NCBI RefSeq assembly: GCF_006345805.1 | Contig: NC_043006.1 | Span: 15,748,001-15,812,000 of the forward strand | From: Octopus sinensis | Lineage: Eukaryota | DNA: 64,000 nucleotides | Reading direction: 5' to 3' | Shown: positions 39,997 through 51,870 of the stretch, in pieces | Numbering within the stretch: position 1 is the stretch's first letter | Layout of the letters: every line of letters starts with the position of its first letter | Program-made: the position numbers and the translations under genes | Notes under the pieces: model-generated | What the model was told of the DNA's origin: nothing | What the model saw: the letters and a program-made list of their open reading frames with translations, nothing else | Database searches by the model: none

Positions 39997-40241
39997 GCAA
40001 GACACTTTATTTCACGTTGCTCTAGTTCACTCAGCTGTAGAAATAAGTTTCGACGTCACAGGTGCCAAGCTGCATCGGTCTTTGTCTTTCCCTTGGATAA
40101 CATCGGTGGCGTGGAGAGGGGAGGGTGGTATGCATGGGCGACTGCTGATCTTCCATAAAACAACCTTACCCGGACTTGTGCCTCGGTATGTAACTTTCTA
40201 GCTGTATTTCCATGGTCATTCATGAGCGAAGGGGGTCTTTT
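39997..40241 (+). mobile_element. Headless SINE group C copy (tail T3)
   Basis: Reverse complement match to 25153-25400. Confidence 0.8.
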
Positions 40242-40243
40242 AT

Positions 40244-40308
40244 ATACATACATACATACATACATACATACATACATACATACATACATACATACATACG
40301 CACACACA

Positions 40309-40364
<56 letters not shown>

Positions 40365-40419
40365 GAGACAATAGAGACAGAAACAGTGAGACAGATGGGA
40401 GAGAGAGAGGGAGATAGAT

Positions 40420-40482
<63 letters not shown>

Positions 40483-40510
40483 TAGGTAGATAGATAGGTA
40501 GATAGATAGG

Positions 40511-40596
<86 letters not shown>
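40244..40596. repeat. (TACA)n/(TA)n/(GATA)n compound microsatellite
   Basis: Direct reading. Confidence 0.95.
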
Positions 40597-40597
<1 letters not shown>

Positions 40598-41335
40598 GTC
40601 TCTTTATTGGCTACACAGGGCTGAACACAGTGGGGACAAAATAAAAAGTAGAGCTTTTCTTTTTGGAAGGTAAAAAAGAGGGGTAGCATTTTGATCAAAA
40701 GAGATCGTGGATAAAAAATGGCCGATCAATAGGGATCGTGTATCACAAAAATGTCATAATGTAATAAGGGGAAACAGATTAGGTTTATCCGTAGAAAGAA
40801 AAGCCTACGGAAAAAACCTCGGTAACCTTGGGCAATAACGTTATGCAAAAAAAACACATGACAGTAAGTTACTCGCATTTTTCCTTTCTTTTTTTGGTTC
40901 ATGGGATTATGCTCAAGCTGGCTCCGTCATCCACACGTGCCATCCTTGCTGCATTCGCCCATCTTTCTTTGAAACAGTCACTAGACAATATTCACGATAG
41001 ACTCGGTTGATAAACCGACTCGTCCCACACGCGATAGCAGTCGTTCGACATAGGACCACAGGTCGGAAATGGTTGGACTCTACGAGTGCGTGCAGAACGG
41101 TTTCGTCGCTCTGACCGCATCTCAGGCAGGTCGGCCCCGTGTTTCTCGAGCCATGCATGTAGATCCTATCCCGAACGGGTAGCGCTTCTCGATAACACTG
41201 CCAAGCCAGAGATCTCCGGAAGTTGTCCATAGGTCCCGGCCCGAAAGTCGTCTTTGAACAGGCGGGTCAGGTATTCCTCGTCGATGCCCAGGTTCGTCCC
41301 GAAATCGTGGTCCTACCTGCCCTCCACTTATTCCC
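40597..41335 (-). mobile_element. L1/Tx1-clade LINE 3' fragment
   Basis: WQCYREALPVRDR...CLRCGQSDETVLHALVE zinc knuckle; 3' end AATAAAGAGACA abutting (TCTA)n. Confidence 0.75.
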
Positions 41336-41651
41336 TGAAACAGACGGCTTCTTTCATTTTCCTTCCACCAAAATCCATTCAGAAGGCTTTTGTTGGCCTG
41401 TCGATTGAACTCAGTACCGTATAGTTGGTATCACATATCCATGCGTGTGCCGTTGTTATATGTACCTGAAGCAGTAAATTTGCACAAATTCATCGTATTC
41501 TTTTTAGTATTGTTTTATAGCCTGTTTAAAACGTATTTAAAATATTAAAAATATACTTATAGCGGAGGCTTGAAATTCGAGAAAAGTAAACCGTTGCTGA
41601 TAGTTTAATTTACCTTGGTAAGTATGTGATTTTATTACCTTTTTATTTCAG

Positions 41652-41688
41652 CATTGGCAGGATGGTTCCTACAGTAACATAATATTAC
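41652..41688 (+). CDS. Candidate exon (HWQDGSYSNIIL)
   Basis: ttttatttcag acceptor and gtaagt donor; only one frame open. Confidence 0.3.
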
Positions 41689-41806
41689 GTAAGTTAGACA
41701 TCTATCTCCCGGTGTGGTAGTAAAGTATGTGGCGTCATCTGATATATGAACCATGCATATCTGCTGATTTTGTAATGAAAATGCAGTGAAATATATATTG
41801 TTTTAG

Positions 41807-41884
41807 TTAATGAAAATTTATCTGAAATTCAAGTAGGCCCGATACAAAGGAAATATAATTCTCAGTTCCTGTTAACTGGGTCAC
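41807..41884 (+). CDS. Candidate exon (NENLSEIQVGPIQRKYNSQFLLTGS)
   Basis: ttgttttag acceptor; joins 41652-41688 in frame across a 118-nt intron; donor gtaaaa is moderate. Confidence 0.25.
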
Positions 41885-42025
41885 GTAAAAGGATTTCGTA
41901 CATCACATCGATTTGTATTCTAGTCTGTTTACCCTTTTCGTATTATCATAAAAATGGGAATGAAACTTTTATTTGGTGATATATTTATTTGTGGTAGAGC
42001 AGATGAAATATATTTTAGAAACATT

Positions 42026-42255
42026 GGCGGCGAGCTGGCAGAAACGTTAGCACGCCGGGCGAAATGCTTAGCTGTATTTCGTCTGCCGTTATGGTCTGAG
42101 TTCAAATTCTACCGAGGTCGACGTTGCCCTTCATCCTTTCGGGGTCGATAAATTAAGTACCAGTTACGCACTGGGGTCGATGTAATCGACTTAATCCTTT
42201 TGTCTGTCCTTGTTTGTCCTCTCTGTGTTTAGCCCCTCGTAGGTAGTACAGAAAT
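42026..42255 (+). mobile_element. SINE-B
   Basis: Perfect 18-bp TSD ATATATTTTAGAAACATT (42008-42025 / 42256-42273). Confidence 0.95.
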
Positions 42256-42487
42256 ATATATTTTAGAAACATTAAAGATACATCTTATGTTAACCGTGTT
42301 ATTTCTGTCTCCACAAAAATGAAATTAACAATTAGCTACTTACATAAAATCGGATATGGTTTGTGAATTAAGGAGGAACTCACAAAAAAAAACTTAGACC
42401 GATTGATTTTTATTCTTTTGTTGCGTATATTAGTCGCATAAGTAAAGCAATTTACATCATTCTTAAATGGAAACTAAGTTCATTTAT

Positions 42488-42691
42488 AATTGGTTTCAAA
42501 TTGTGGCACAAGGTTAGCAATTCGGGTGTTGGGGTAAGTCGATTACATCGACCTCAGTACCCAACTGGTACTTATTTTATCGACTCCGAAGCGATGCAAG
42601 GCAAAACCGACCTCGGTGGAATTTGATTGCAGAACGTAGAGATGGACGAAATGCCGCTAAGCAATATGTCGTCCGGCATGCTAAAGATTCT
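42488..42691 (-). mobile_element. SINE-B older subfamily (tail GTGCCA.AATTTGAAACC)
   Basis: Same head and centre as SINE-B, different tail; like 50897-51120. Confidence 0.75.
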
Positions 42692-42817
42692 TGATGTTGC
42701 TTTATAATTAGCGGCACATCATTTGTTAATTAAACTTTATTTGTCACCCTTCGTTGATGGGTAACTTTTAATGTACGCTTTTCCTACCATGAGTAATATC
42801 AAGAAATGTGGCTTACT

Positions 42818-43224
42818 CTCTCTACTCTTTACTCTTTTACTTGTTTCAGTCATTTGACTGCGGCCATGCTGGAGCACCGCCTTTAGTCGAGCAACTCGAC
42901 CCCGGAACTTATTCTTTTTGTAAGCCAGGTACTTATTCTATCGGTCTCTTTTTGCCGAACCGCTAAGTGACGGGGACGCAAACACACCAGCATCGGTTAT
43001 CAAGCGATGCTAGGGGAACAAACACAGACACACAAACGCACACACATACATATATACATATACATATATACGACAGGCTTCTTTCAGTTTCCGTCTACCA
43101 AATCCACTCACAAGGCTTTGGTCGGCCCGGGGCTATAGCAGAAGACACTTGCCCAAGATGCCACGCAGTGGGACTGAACCCGGAACCATGTGGTTGGTTA
43201 GCAAGCTACTTACCACACAGCCAC
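42818..43224 (-). mobile_element. SINE-A
   Basis: Near-identical reverse complement of 2156-2572. Confidence 0.92.
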
Positions 43225-43499
43225 ATTTCAACTATATTTTTAAAGTTCTTGGTGCTTAAACAAAATGATGAAATGAACACTAAATTTCCAACAGAAAAAA
43301 TATATATTACCCTAAAACAAAATAAAATCTCTATCCTCTAACTCTATGATTCTTTCTCTCCGCCCATCTTTTGTTTTTTACGTTAACTCTGTCTGTATCT
43401 TTTTTTATCCTTTCCTCTTCTCTCTCTCTACGATGCAAAGCGAAATGGACGAAATCAGCCAACATTTATATCAGTTATTGTCATAAATTTTATTTATTT

Positions 43500-43758
43500 T
43501 ATTTATGCGCCCTTTCAAGCCTAGCCAGGTTCATGGGCCCGGTTTCCCGGCTTCTGTGGCGTATGTGCCCCCCCCCCCTCAGCGGGATGGGTCACTAGTC
43601 CATCGCAGCGTTACTCAAGAAACGGAAGAGAGAGTGAGAGAAAGTTGTGGCGAAAGAGTACAACAGGGGTCGCCACCACACACTCGGTCTGGGAATCGAA
43701 ACCGCGATCCTCCGACCGCGAGTCCGCTGCCCTAACCACTGAGCCATTGCGCCCCCAC
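43500..43758 (-). mobile_element. SINE group C (alternative centre, tail T2)
   Basis: Head as in 38531; tail as in 32888. Confidence 0.85.
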
Positions 43759-43764
43759 AAATGA

Positions 43765-43983
43765 GCTAAGCCAGGCTCATGGGTCCGGTTTCCCGGTTTC
43801 AATGGCGTATGTGTTCCCCAGTTGGACGGGACGCCAGTCCATAGCAGCGTTACTCATTTTTGCTAGCTGAGTGGACTGGAGCAAAGTGAAATGAAATGTT
43901 TGGCGTCACCCGGTCCAGGAATCAAAACCACAATCTTACGATCATGATGCTGACACCCTAACCACTAAGCCATGCGCCGCCAC
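43765..43983 (-). mobile_element. SINE group C (CORE-like centre, tail T2)
   Basis: Reverse complement match to 32888-33120. Confidence 0.85.
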
Positions 43984-44575
43984 TATTATTATAAATAGAT
44001 AGTAAAAATTCGCATTACACACACACACACACACACACACAGTGGAATCGATCGTGTTAGTAGCAGTAACTCGTGAATCTTAGTTCTATGAAGTCAATGC
44101 AGAGAGTTTTTACGATTCTTACATTTAAAAATATGTACTTTCAGAAATATACCTTCCGATTTTCAGTTATTTTGAATTGAAAGACTAATGCGAAATGAAA
44201 GTAAATATCTTTTGACGTTGAAATAGATTTTATTTTCAACGAATTCGTGCAAGATTCTTTATTTTCAGCGAAGATGTTTAATGAAGACGAGAAAAAAACC
44301 CCAAAAATCTTTAAGCTTCATTTCACAAAGACGTGCAAACATGACTTCACACACTCTTCCTCCAACATGGAATGACAAATTTCCGTTAACTTGACTTCAA
44401 TATATATACTATAACACAATTGTATCCGTCCGTGATGTGGTAGAACAGCTGTTGATTTTAAATGATGCATTAGAACTTTACATATTTATTGCGATTTGAT
44501 ATGCTTTGATTCTCGCGGACATTATTTCCTCTTCCGATACATTTATAGAGTATTAAAAAAATAAACAACAAATAA

Positions 44576-44990
44576 GGCGCAGGAGTGGCTGTGTGGTAAG
44601 TAGCTTGCTAACCAACCACATGGCTCCGGGTTCAGTCCCTCTGCGTGGCATCTTGGGCAAGTGTCTTCTGCTATAGCCCCGGGCCGACCAATGCCTTGTG
44701 AGTGGATTTGGTAGACGGAAACTGAAAGAAGCCTGTCGTATATATGTATATATATATGTGTGTGTGTGTGTATGTGTCTGTGGGTTTGCGTGTTTGTCCC
44801 CCTAGCATTGCTTGACAACCGATGCTGGTGTGTTTACGTCCCCGTCACTTAGCGGTTCGGCAAAAAAGACAGATAGAATAAGTACTGGGCTTACAAAGAA
44901 TAAGTCCCGGGGTCGATTTGCTCGACTAAAGGCGGTGCTCCAGCATGGCCGCAGTCAAATGACTGAAACAAGTAAAAGATAAAAGAAAGA
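44576..44990 (+). mobile_element. SINE-A
   Basis: Near-identical to 2156-2572. Confidence 0.92.
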
Positions 44991-45696
44991 AAGATAAAGA
45001 AATAACAAGCAAAGATCGATGATAAGCAAGGGTTAAAAGGTTACACTGAAAATCTATTCTTCAATTTTGAGTTTTAAATTTTGTTTCGCTAGAATCATCA
45101 TTATCATAATTACTATGTTTTTATAGATTACTGTTTTCCAAGGTTCCTAATTACTGTTATTTTGACACCGTTTAATTTTCCTGTTTGTTTTTCACTTCTA
45201 ATTGCATACTTGGATGTATTATCAAATAAGGTTTTATAATTATATGTCAGAGAAATCTGCAAAGAAAAATGTTTAATTTTATTCACATCACAATATCAAC
45301 ATTAATTAGTCCATCGGTTCAACGAAATGAATAGTTGAAAACTTTTTGTGCTCAGGACTGACATACAAACATTTTATTCAATTGTAAAAACATTCAGCTG
45401 CCTGTGATAAGGAAGCAGAGTGTAAAAAAACACGAATAGTTGAATACGAATACAGTAATTTTGCTATAATTATACATTTCCAAGTCCCCGAAGATACAAA
45501 CATATTGTGTTCATATTTTAGGAATAATCGGGAGTGATAATTTTTTGTTTCTTACTTTCACCTAATTAATAAATGGATTCTAATTTAAGCACCAGAAACA
45601 GCAGTTGTGAGGGGGCGATGTGAGTTGATATTTTTATCGTCCGCAGATGGATGAAATGTAAGATTGACATCGATGGCATTTGAACTTATAATATAT

Positions 45697-45929
45697 ATTT
45701 CGTTACTACCCACAAGGGGCTAAACACAGAGGGGACAAACAAGGACAGACAAAGCGATTAAGTCGATTCCATCGACCCCCAGTATTTTACTGGTACTTAA
45801 TTTATCGACTGTGAAAGGATGAAAGGCAAAGTCGACCTCGGCGGAATTTGAACTCAGAACGTAACGGCAGACGAAATACGGCTACGCATTTCGCCCGGCG
45901 TGCTACCGTTTCTGCCAGCTCGCCGCCTT
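45697..45929 (-). mobile_element. SINE-B
   Basis: 17-bp TSD TTTGAACTTATAATATA (45679-45695 / 45931-45947). Confidence 0.93.
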
Positions 45930-46354
45930 CTTTGAACTTATAATATAATAAACTGAAACAAATCCTGCAAAACATTTCCCGATTTTCTAACAATGTTGCT
46001 AATCTATTTCCCTAATCCCCTTAATCTTATTAACATTTCTTAGCTTAACTTATCGTAAGTTTGTGTATTTTAAGGCGGTTAATATAAAACATTCGCAGAA
46101 ATAATAAAAAAAATAATGGAACTATAATAATCATTCTAGAAAGTTGATAAACTTTTCATGCCTTTTCATAACAGGCACACGTAGCAAACTTCAGTTACAT
46201 GATATAAAATGGTGCAAAACTATGCACACAAATTACCCAACGTTGTATGCTATTCTCTGTTATTGTTGTTGGTGTTGTTTAACCCAGGGCAGTTCTGATG
46301 TTTTAAATAGCATCATTAAAGTAAAAAATAATGCGTCCGTTATACTTTTTCAAG

Positions 46355-46546
46355 GAAGTAAAGTACCATGGACCAGACCCTGTTCAAAAGCTTCAAAGAA
46401 ATTATTCTCCAGCTAACTGCAATAAAGGGCCAGGTGCTGGTGTTAAACCGGACTACAGACTACCTCTATCATTCCCAAATAGTGACGGTCCGAACAACAA
46501 GCATACAAAATGTTTCCATCTGTCAAATTTCACTCACAAGGATTTC
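46355..46546 (+). CDS. Candidate 192-nt exon
   Basis: tttttcaag acceptor, gtaagt donor; one frame fully open (EVKYHGPDPV...), another has ACCATGG at 46368 open to the donor (MDQTLFKSFKEIILQ...). Confidence 0.35.
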
Positions 46547-46688
46547 GTAAGTAAGGTAGAAGCTATTCGCCTTGAATCGATCTAACTAGGCACAATATAG
46601 CTGGAAGGCGAACATCTTCAATGCTACATTTGTTACAGCACCCATCATAGAAAGCTTATAGACAATTGTTTAGTTTAGTCCATAGTGT

Positions 46689-46982
46689 GATCACGTGATC
46701 GACTAGACTCTTAGGTGTCATTGCACATGACTGGTAGTAATGCGTTTGCATCGTTTTAACCCCGCCAGTCCATCGCAGTGTTACTCAAGAAACATGAAGA
46801 AAGAATGAGAGAAATTTGGGGTGAAAGAGTACAACAGGGATCGCCCCCTCCCCTGCCGGAGCCCCGTGAAGCTTTAGGTGTTTTCGCACAATAAACACAC
46901 ACAGCGCTCGGTCTGTGAGTCGAAACCATGATTCTCCGACCGCGAGTCCGCTGCCCTAATTACTGGGCGATTGCGATTCCAC
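46689..46982 (-). mobile_element. SINE group C (alternative centre, tail T4)
   Basis: Head and centre as in 38531; tail not seen in the other copies. Confidence 0.8.
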
Positions 46983-47332
46983 ACATAAATCTTACTTGTA
47001 CTAAATATTACTTAGTAGTTTGTCAGTAGCACACCAAAAATCCAGCAGTCATCAACACTAGAAAAAAAAATACTGATCACATGAAAAGACGTTGATAAAA
47101 TGACCCTTGTTCTTGCTATACGTATAAACAAACATACATTGCTTGTTCAGTTTATCTTTATTAATATTCTATAGTATTAATAGACAGCACTGATGTTTGC
47201 TACAACGTTTCGTATACGAGACGTCAGATGCAAATAAACAATGAGCTGGAAGATGAGAATAAGATATTGGGGGTATATACCTTATTTTGGAGGGTTTTTG
47301 TACCTTTATCAACACCCATCCACCACTTTAAT

Positions 47333-47386
47333 CATATGCTCGCGGGCTACTAACTTCAAGATTCCGAGTTCGATTCCAGGCAGTGA

Positions 47387-47448
<62 letters not shown>

Positions 47449-47491
47449 GTAATAATAATAATAGTAATAATAACAACAACAACATCGAAAA
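47333..47491 (+). mobile_element. Truncated tRNA-head/(AAT)n element
   Basis: CGCGGGCTACTAAC...GAGTTCGATTCCAGGCAGTGACCTG(AAT)n AACATCGAAAA matches 27848-28120; A-box deleted. Confidence 0.8.
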
Positions 47492-48752
47492 GGCCCATGA
47501 GGAGCTGGCCATTGGCATTGCATTTCCTAATGCCGTGATGGCCAAGGATGCCATTCTACAGACAATGGTCACTGCCGTTAAATTCCCCCAACACGACGAG
47601 TTTGTCATACGCGGAGACTGTTTGGATGGTGCGGTCCAGCAGGTTGTAGAACAAAGCCTTGACGTCGTCTTCAGATATGAGGGTAGGTGCATACACAGGA
47701 AGGAATCTGTCCCGAATAAGAGGGACTCCGAACAGTCATCTGGTGCTCACTAACGGCAGTTGGGACGAGTCTGTGTTGGTCCACCAGTTGCGTTTTGATG
47801 GCAAGGCCAACTCCATGGATGCGCGGTTCATTAGGATTCTTCCCCTTCCAAAAGATGGAGCATTGGTGTCAGCTTCTCTGATGCTGCCTTCTCCGGGAAG
47901 CCTAGTCTCGCTCAATGCTGCCACATCGATGTTGAAGCGGGCAAGTTCCTTGCAGACGAGGGCTGTACTTTGCTCTGGTCGATTAATGTCACTCTTGTCC
48001 TGGAGAGTGTGGATGTTTCCGGCCCCGATGTCGAGAGAGTGTGAAACAGAGGATTTAGTAGAGTTCCGGCCGCTAAGGGGGAAGTCCGCCAGCCGTGGTA
48101 TGCTGCCATATCGAGTTGCCGTTTCCGATGTTTACCCCATCTTTTCTAGAGGCTTCCCCATGAAGGGTGGGCTGCGATAATCCTAAAGAGACTAGCCCAG
48201 TCACGAGTCTAGCTGCCGAACTCCAATGTCTCGGCTATTCATTGGAGAGCGAGCATCTGAGATTCGCCGCCCATGTGTGGTCACGGATCAGAGGCTTCCA
48301 GCTTTCCAGACCTGACTCCGGTGCCACGGATACCATCAACATTGGGCTTTTTGAGATAGATTATAAAGACGAAGCCATTCGCTGAGTAACTTGTTTAAGG
48401 TGATCATGGACGCGCGACGGCCACGTTCCCGCACTTGGCCAGGAACCTCTCCACTGCGGCTCAAGAATTGAGATATGCAGTCTTCATGAGACTGGTTGCA
48501 GCGAGCTGCCGGAGACTACCGCCTTTGTCACGCATGCCCGGCAGGCGTTGCCCTCTTCCGCCGGAGTCAATCCTTGGGGCTTGAGATAGCCCTCTTCCGC
48601 TTGCTCCGCCGTTGGGTGTGGTCGTGTTTAGTCTGGGACCTTGTCCTCGACCTTGTCGCTATTGGTGGCCCTACCTGGAGTCTAAGACTCCCGATGGTAT
48701 CGCTCTCAAAATCACTGGAACACACAAGCCCTTCCATTACGACAAGGTACGA
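47492..48752 (-). mobile_element. RTE-clade LINE 5' portion (5' UTR and APE endonuclease), 3'-truncated
   Basis: 5' end GTACCTTGTCGTAATGG; NIDVAALSETRLPGEG, ISVYAPT, LVVLGNFNG-like motifs; frameshifts. Confidence 0.85.
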
Positions 48753-48908
48753 TCATCGGAAGAGATATATGTAAGTATGTATGTATATATACATATATAT
48801 ATATACATATATATATAAACATATGTATACGCATGCACATATATTCATAAATGTCGATACATTTATAACCATACATAGAGAAATATATGTGTATATATGT
48901 ATGTATAA

Positions 48909-48947
<39 letters not shown>

Positions 48948-48951
48948 TATA

Positions 48952-48983
<32 letters not shown>

Positions 48984-49184
48984 ATACATATATATATATA
49001 TATGTATGTATGTATGTATGAGTGTGTGTGTGGTGTGTGTGTCTGTGTGTCTGTATATATATATTGGATAATAAAACGAATGGTTTACACCTGGTAGCTT
49101 ACTGATAAAGCACGGTCACTTTCACAGTGATCGTTATCTATATGGCAAATGAAAGACGGAAGATGGAATATACGAGAATTTATT

Positions 49185-49298
49185 ATTTATCACGACAACT
49201 GTTTCGACGCATCTAGCATCGATCTCTCATGGTTGGGTCACTCAACAACTGGTTCAGGAACCTCCGGCGGTGCAGATGTATCTCGTCAGATGATAAAT
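49185..49298 (-). ncRNA. Type I hammerhead ribozyme motif with branched, enlarged stem II
   Basis: ATTTATCAT-CTGACGA-GATACATCT...AGATGCGTC-GAAAC-AGTT-GTC^GTGATAAAT; 9-bp stem I. Confidence 0.78.
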
Positions 49299-49396
49299 AG
49301 ATACAACTCGTTGAAATAACAGTAACTCCAACGTAACTTCTCGTTTTGTAGAAAGAAAAGCAGCCAGACGAAAGAAATATCTTCATTTATATAGAA

Positions 49397-49790
49397 CTAG
49401 CAGTATCGCCCGGCGTTGCTCGGGTTTGTAAGGGAAATAACTATATAAGCATTTTTAGAGAGTTATAGCAAAAAATAGCCAAAAAATGCATTAAAAATGG
49501 AAAATAAATGATGGTAATTTTTTTTAAATCGTTGACTCATCGTAGACATTTTTAGAGAGTTACTTCCCTTATATAATAGCGAAAAAAATGCATTAAAATG
49601 GAAAAAAATGATGGTAATTTTTTTTAAATCGTAGACTCATCGTAGACGCGCGCTAATACCCGGAAGGGCACGATATGAATCACGACAATAAGATACCCGG
49701 TTTTGGTTAAACTGCACCGCAAAATGTGGGAGTAGTTAGGAATCTAAATCGTAGGAGACAGACACACAACTTCACTTTTATATATAAAGA
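49397..49790 (-). mobile_element. Non-autonomous Helitron, internally rearranged
   Basis: TC...hairpin-CTAG termini; tandem ~100-bp units at 49451-49547 and 49548-49647. Confidence 0.88.
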
Positions 49791-50616
49791 TATCAATAAT
49801 AAAATCATAGATGGAAAAAACAGAAACGAACACACAATGCGACGAATAAAGTATTAAAAAATAACCGTTAACAAATATGGATGTATACACTTTATGACAA
49901 TTTAAATTCGCCGTCTATTTCTGGTTTCAATCATTCAGTTTTTTTCTGGTTTCTGTCATCAACCTTGAATATTGTTCGGAAAACGTCCATCATTTTAGGG
50001 AGCTTGTAGTTAGAAGAATATCAATTGTTATATGAGTAAATAATTGTATCAAATTTCTTTTGGTGTTTACCTAATATACAGCGGGCATAAATATGTTTTA
50101 ATAAGTATTTTGTGGAAGATCATCTGATAGCGACAAAATGTCAGACGCAAAGTCGTGCCAGATTAATCATGTGTGTTGATTAATCTAATCAGAATTATTA
50201 TGATTAAATGATAGAAATAAAGCGCATTGTCATTTGTGAAGATATGCAGCAAATCAATCGAAATTATATCTCTACAGTGACATGACGCATCATTTCCAAT
50301 GATAAGTAAAAGATTATAAATATTGCTAAATATGGAAAGTTTTGCGAACGATATTTCTGCAACTGTAATACGAAGTCAGTGAAAAAGTACGAAAGCATTC
50401 TAATATTTCGATACAGACATGAAAGCTGATGAATTATTATAAAATAAATTTGTAATTTGCTACGTACGTCTTGTACGAATATATCAATTGTCTTCTTAGT
50501 CAATAATTGGAACCATTCCAAAATGCTAGTGCCAATTGCTATGACTGCAGATGAGGCTTATCGTAATCTTCAGAGATACAAAGATCAAGGATGACGAATA
50601 TTTGGTATATTTTTAG

Positions 50617-50700
50617 AAGCTGCTGCTGCTGATACTACAACTACTACTAATACCACCACCACCACCACCACCACCACCACTAATACTACAACTACTACTG

Positions 50701-50780
<80 letters not shown>

Positions 50781-50897
50781 ACTACTACTACTACTACAGA
50801 AATACCACCATAATAAATAACAAGAATAATACGAAAAAGAAACAACAAAAACAACAATAAATTCAATAATAATAATAATAATAATAACAATACTAAT
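50617..50897. repeat. Compound (CTG)n/(CTA)n/(CCA)n/(AAT)n triplet array
   Basis: Direct reading. Confidence 0.95.
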
Positions 50898-51120
50898 AAT
50901 GGTTTCAAATTTTGGCACAAAGTCAGCAAATTCGGCGGGGGTGCCTTAGTCGATAACATCGATACCAGTGTTCAAATGGTACTTATTTTATCGTAACCCA
51001 GGCACAATGAAAAAGGCAAGGTCGACCTCGGCGGAATTTGAATTCAGAACGTACACATAGTCGAAATAACGCTAAACATTTCGTCCGGCGTGCTAACGAC
51101 TCTGCCGACTCAGCCGCCTT
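50897..51120 (-). mobile_element. SINE-B older subfamily
   Basis: Full head AGGCGGCTGAGTCGGCAG; tail runs into (ATT)n. Confidence 0.8.
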
Positions 51121-51174
51121 AATAATAATAATAATAATTATAATAATAATAATAATAATAATGATAATAATAAT

Positions 51175-51728
51175 AAATGCCCAGATGCAGTACCAGGCAG
51201 TGGCTCTCGTGGCTTCTGATCTTAACTGATTGGAAGTGTTATCATGTACATTGTTTTGTCTTGGTATAAAAGATGGGCTACAGCAAATATTCTGCTCAAT
51301 ACCACAGATTTGCTTGTCAAGTTGTTTGACCTTAACCAGTTGAGCATGTCCTTTAGTGGCTGACGATATGTGCATCTCTGATCACGAGCAGAAGTAGTGG
51401 GGGAGCATCATAGCCATGTGTTGAGAGGGATTCTTTGGGGTTGAATAGTTCACCTCTGGAACATGGGTCGTTCTTTCAACATCCTTAAACAACCCTTATT
51501 CAGGGACCGTTTGAGCAGGATGGGTTACTCGACCTGAAGAAAATTCTAACTGGGCCCCACCTGCAAGGTCATGTGCTGTTATCTTGATATAAGATCACCA
51601 TGTCGCGCACATATGGTTGTGATGCTGTGCCTGGTGTACCTTTATCAGACGGGTAGTCATGATGGGTATATTGGGCTTCGTATATTTTACCCCAGTGTCA
51701 CTTTGATGGCATGAACTGCTCTCTCCTC
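51175..51728 (+). mobile_element. Element E copy 2, (AAT)n-flanked
   Basis: Colinear with 15399-15945; same 5' start AAATGCCC.GATGCAGTACCAG. Confidence 0.85.
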
Positions 51729-51749
51729 AATATAAAATATAATAATAAC

Positions 51750-51781
<32 letters not shown>

Positions 51782-51828
51782 TAATAATAATAACACACAA
51801 CAACACACCAACAACAACAACAACAACC

Positions 51829-51870
<42 letters not shown>

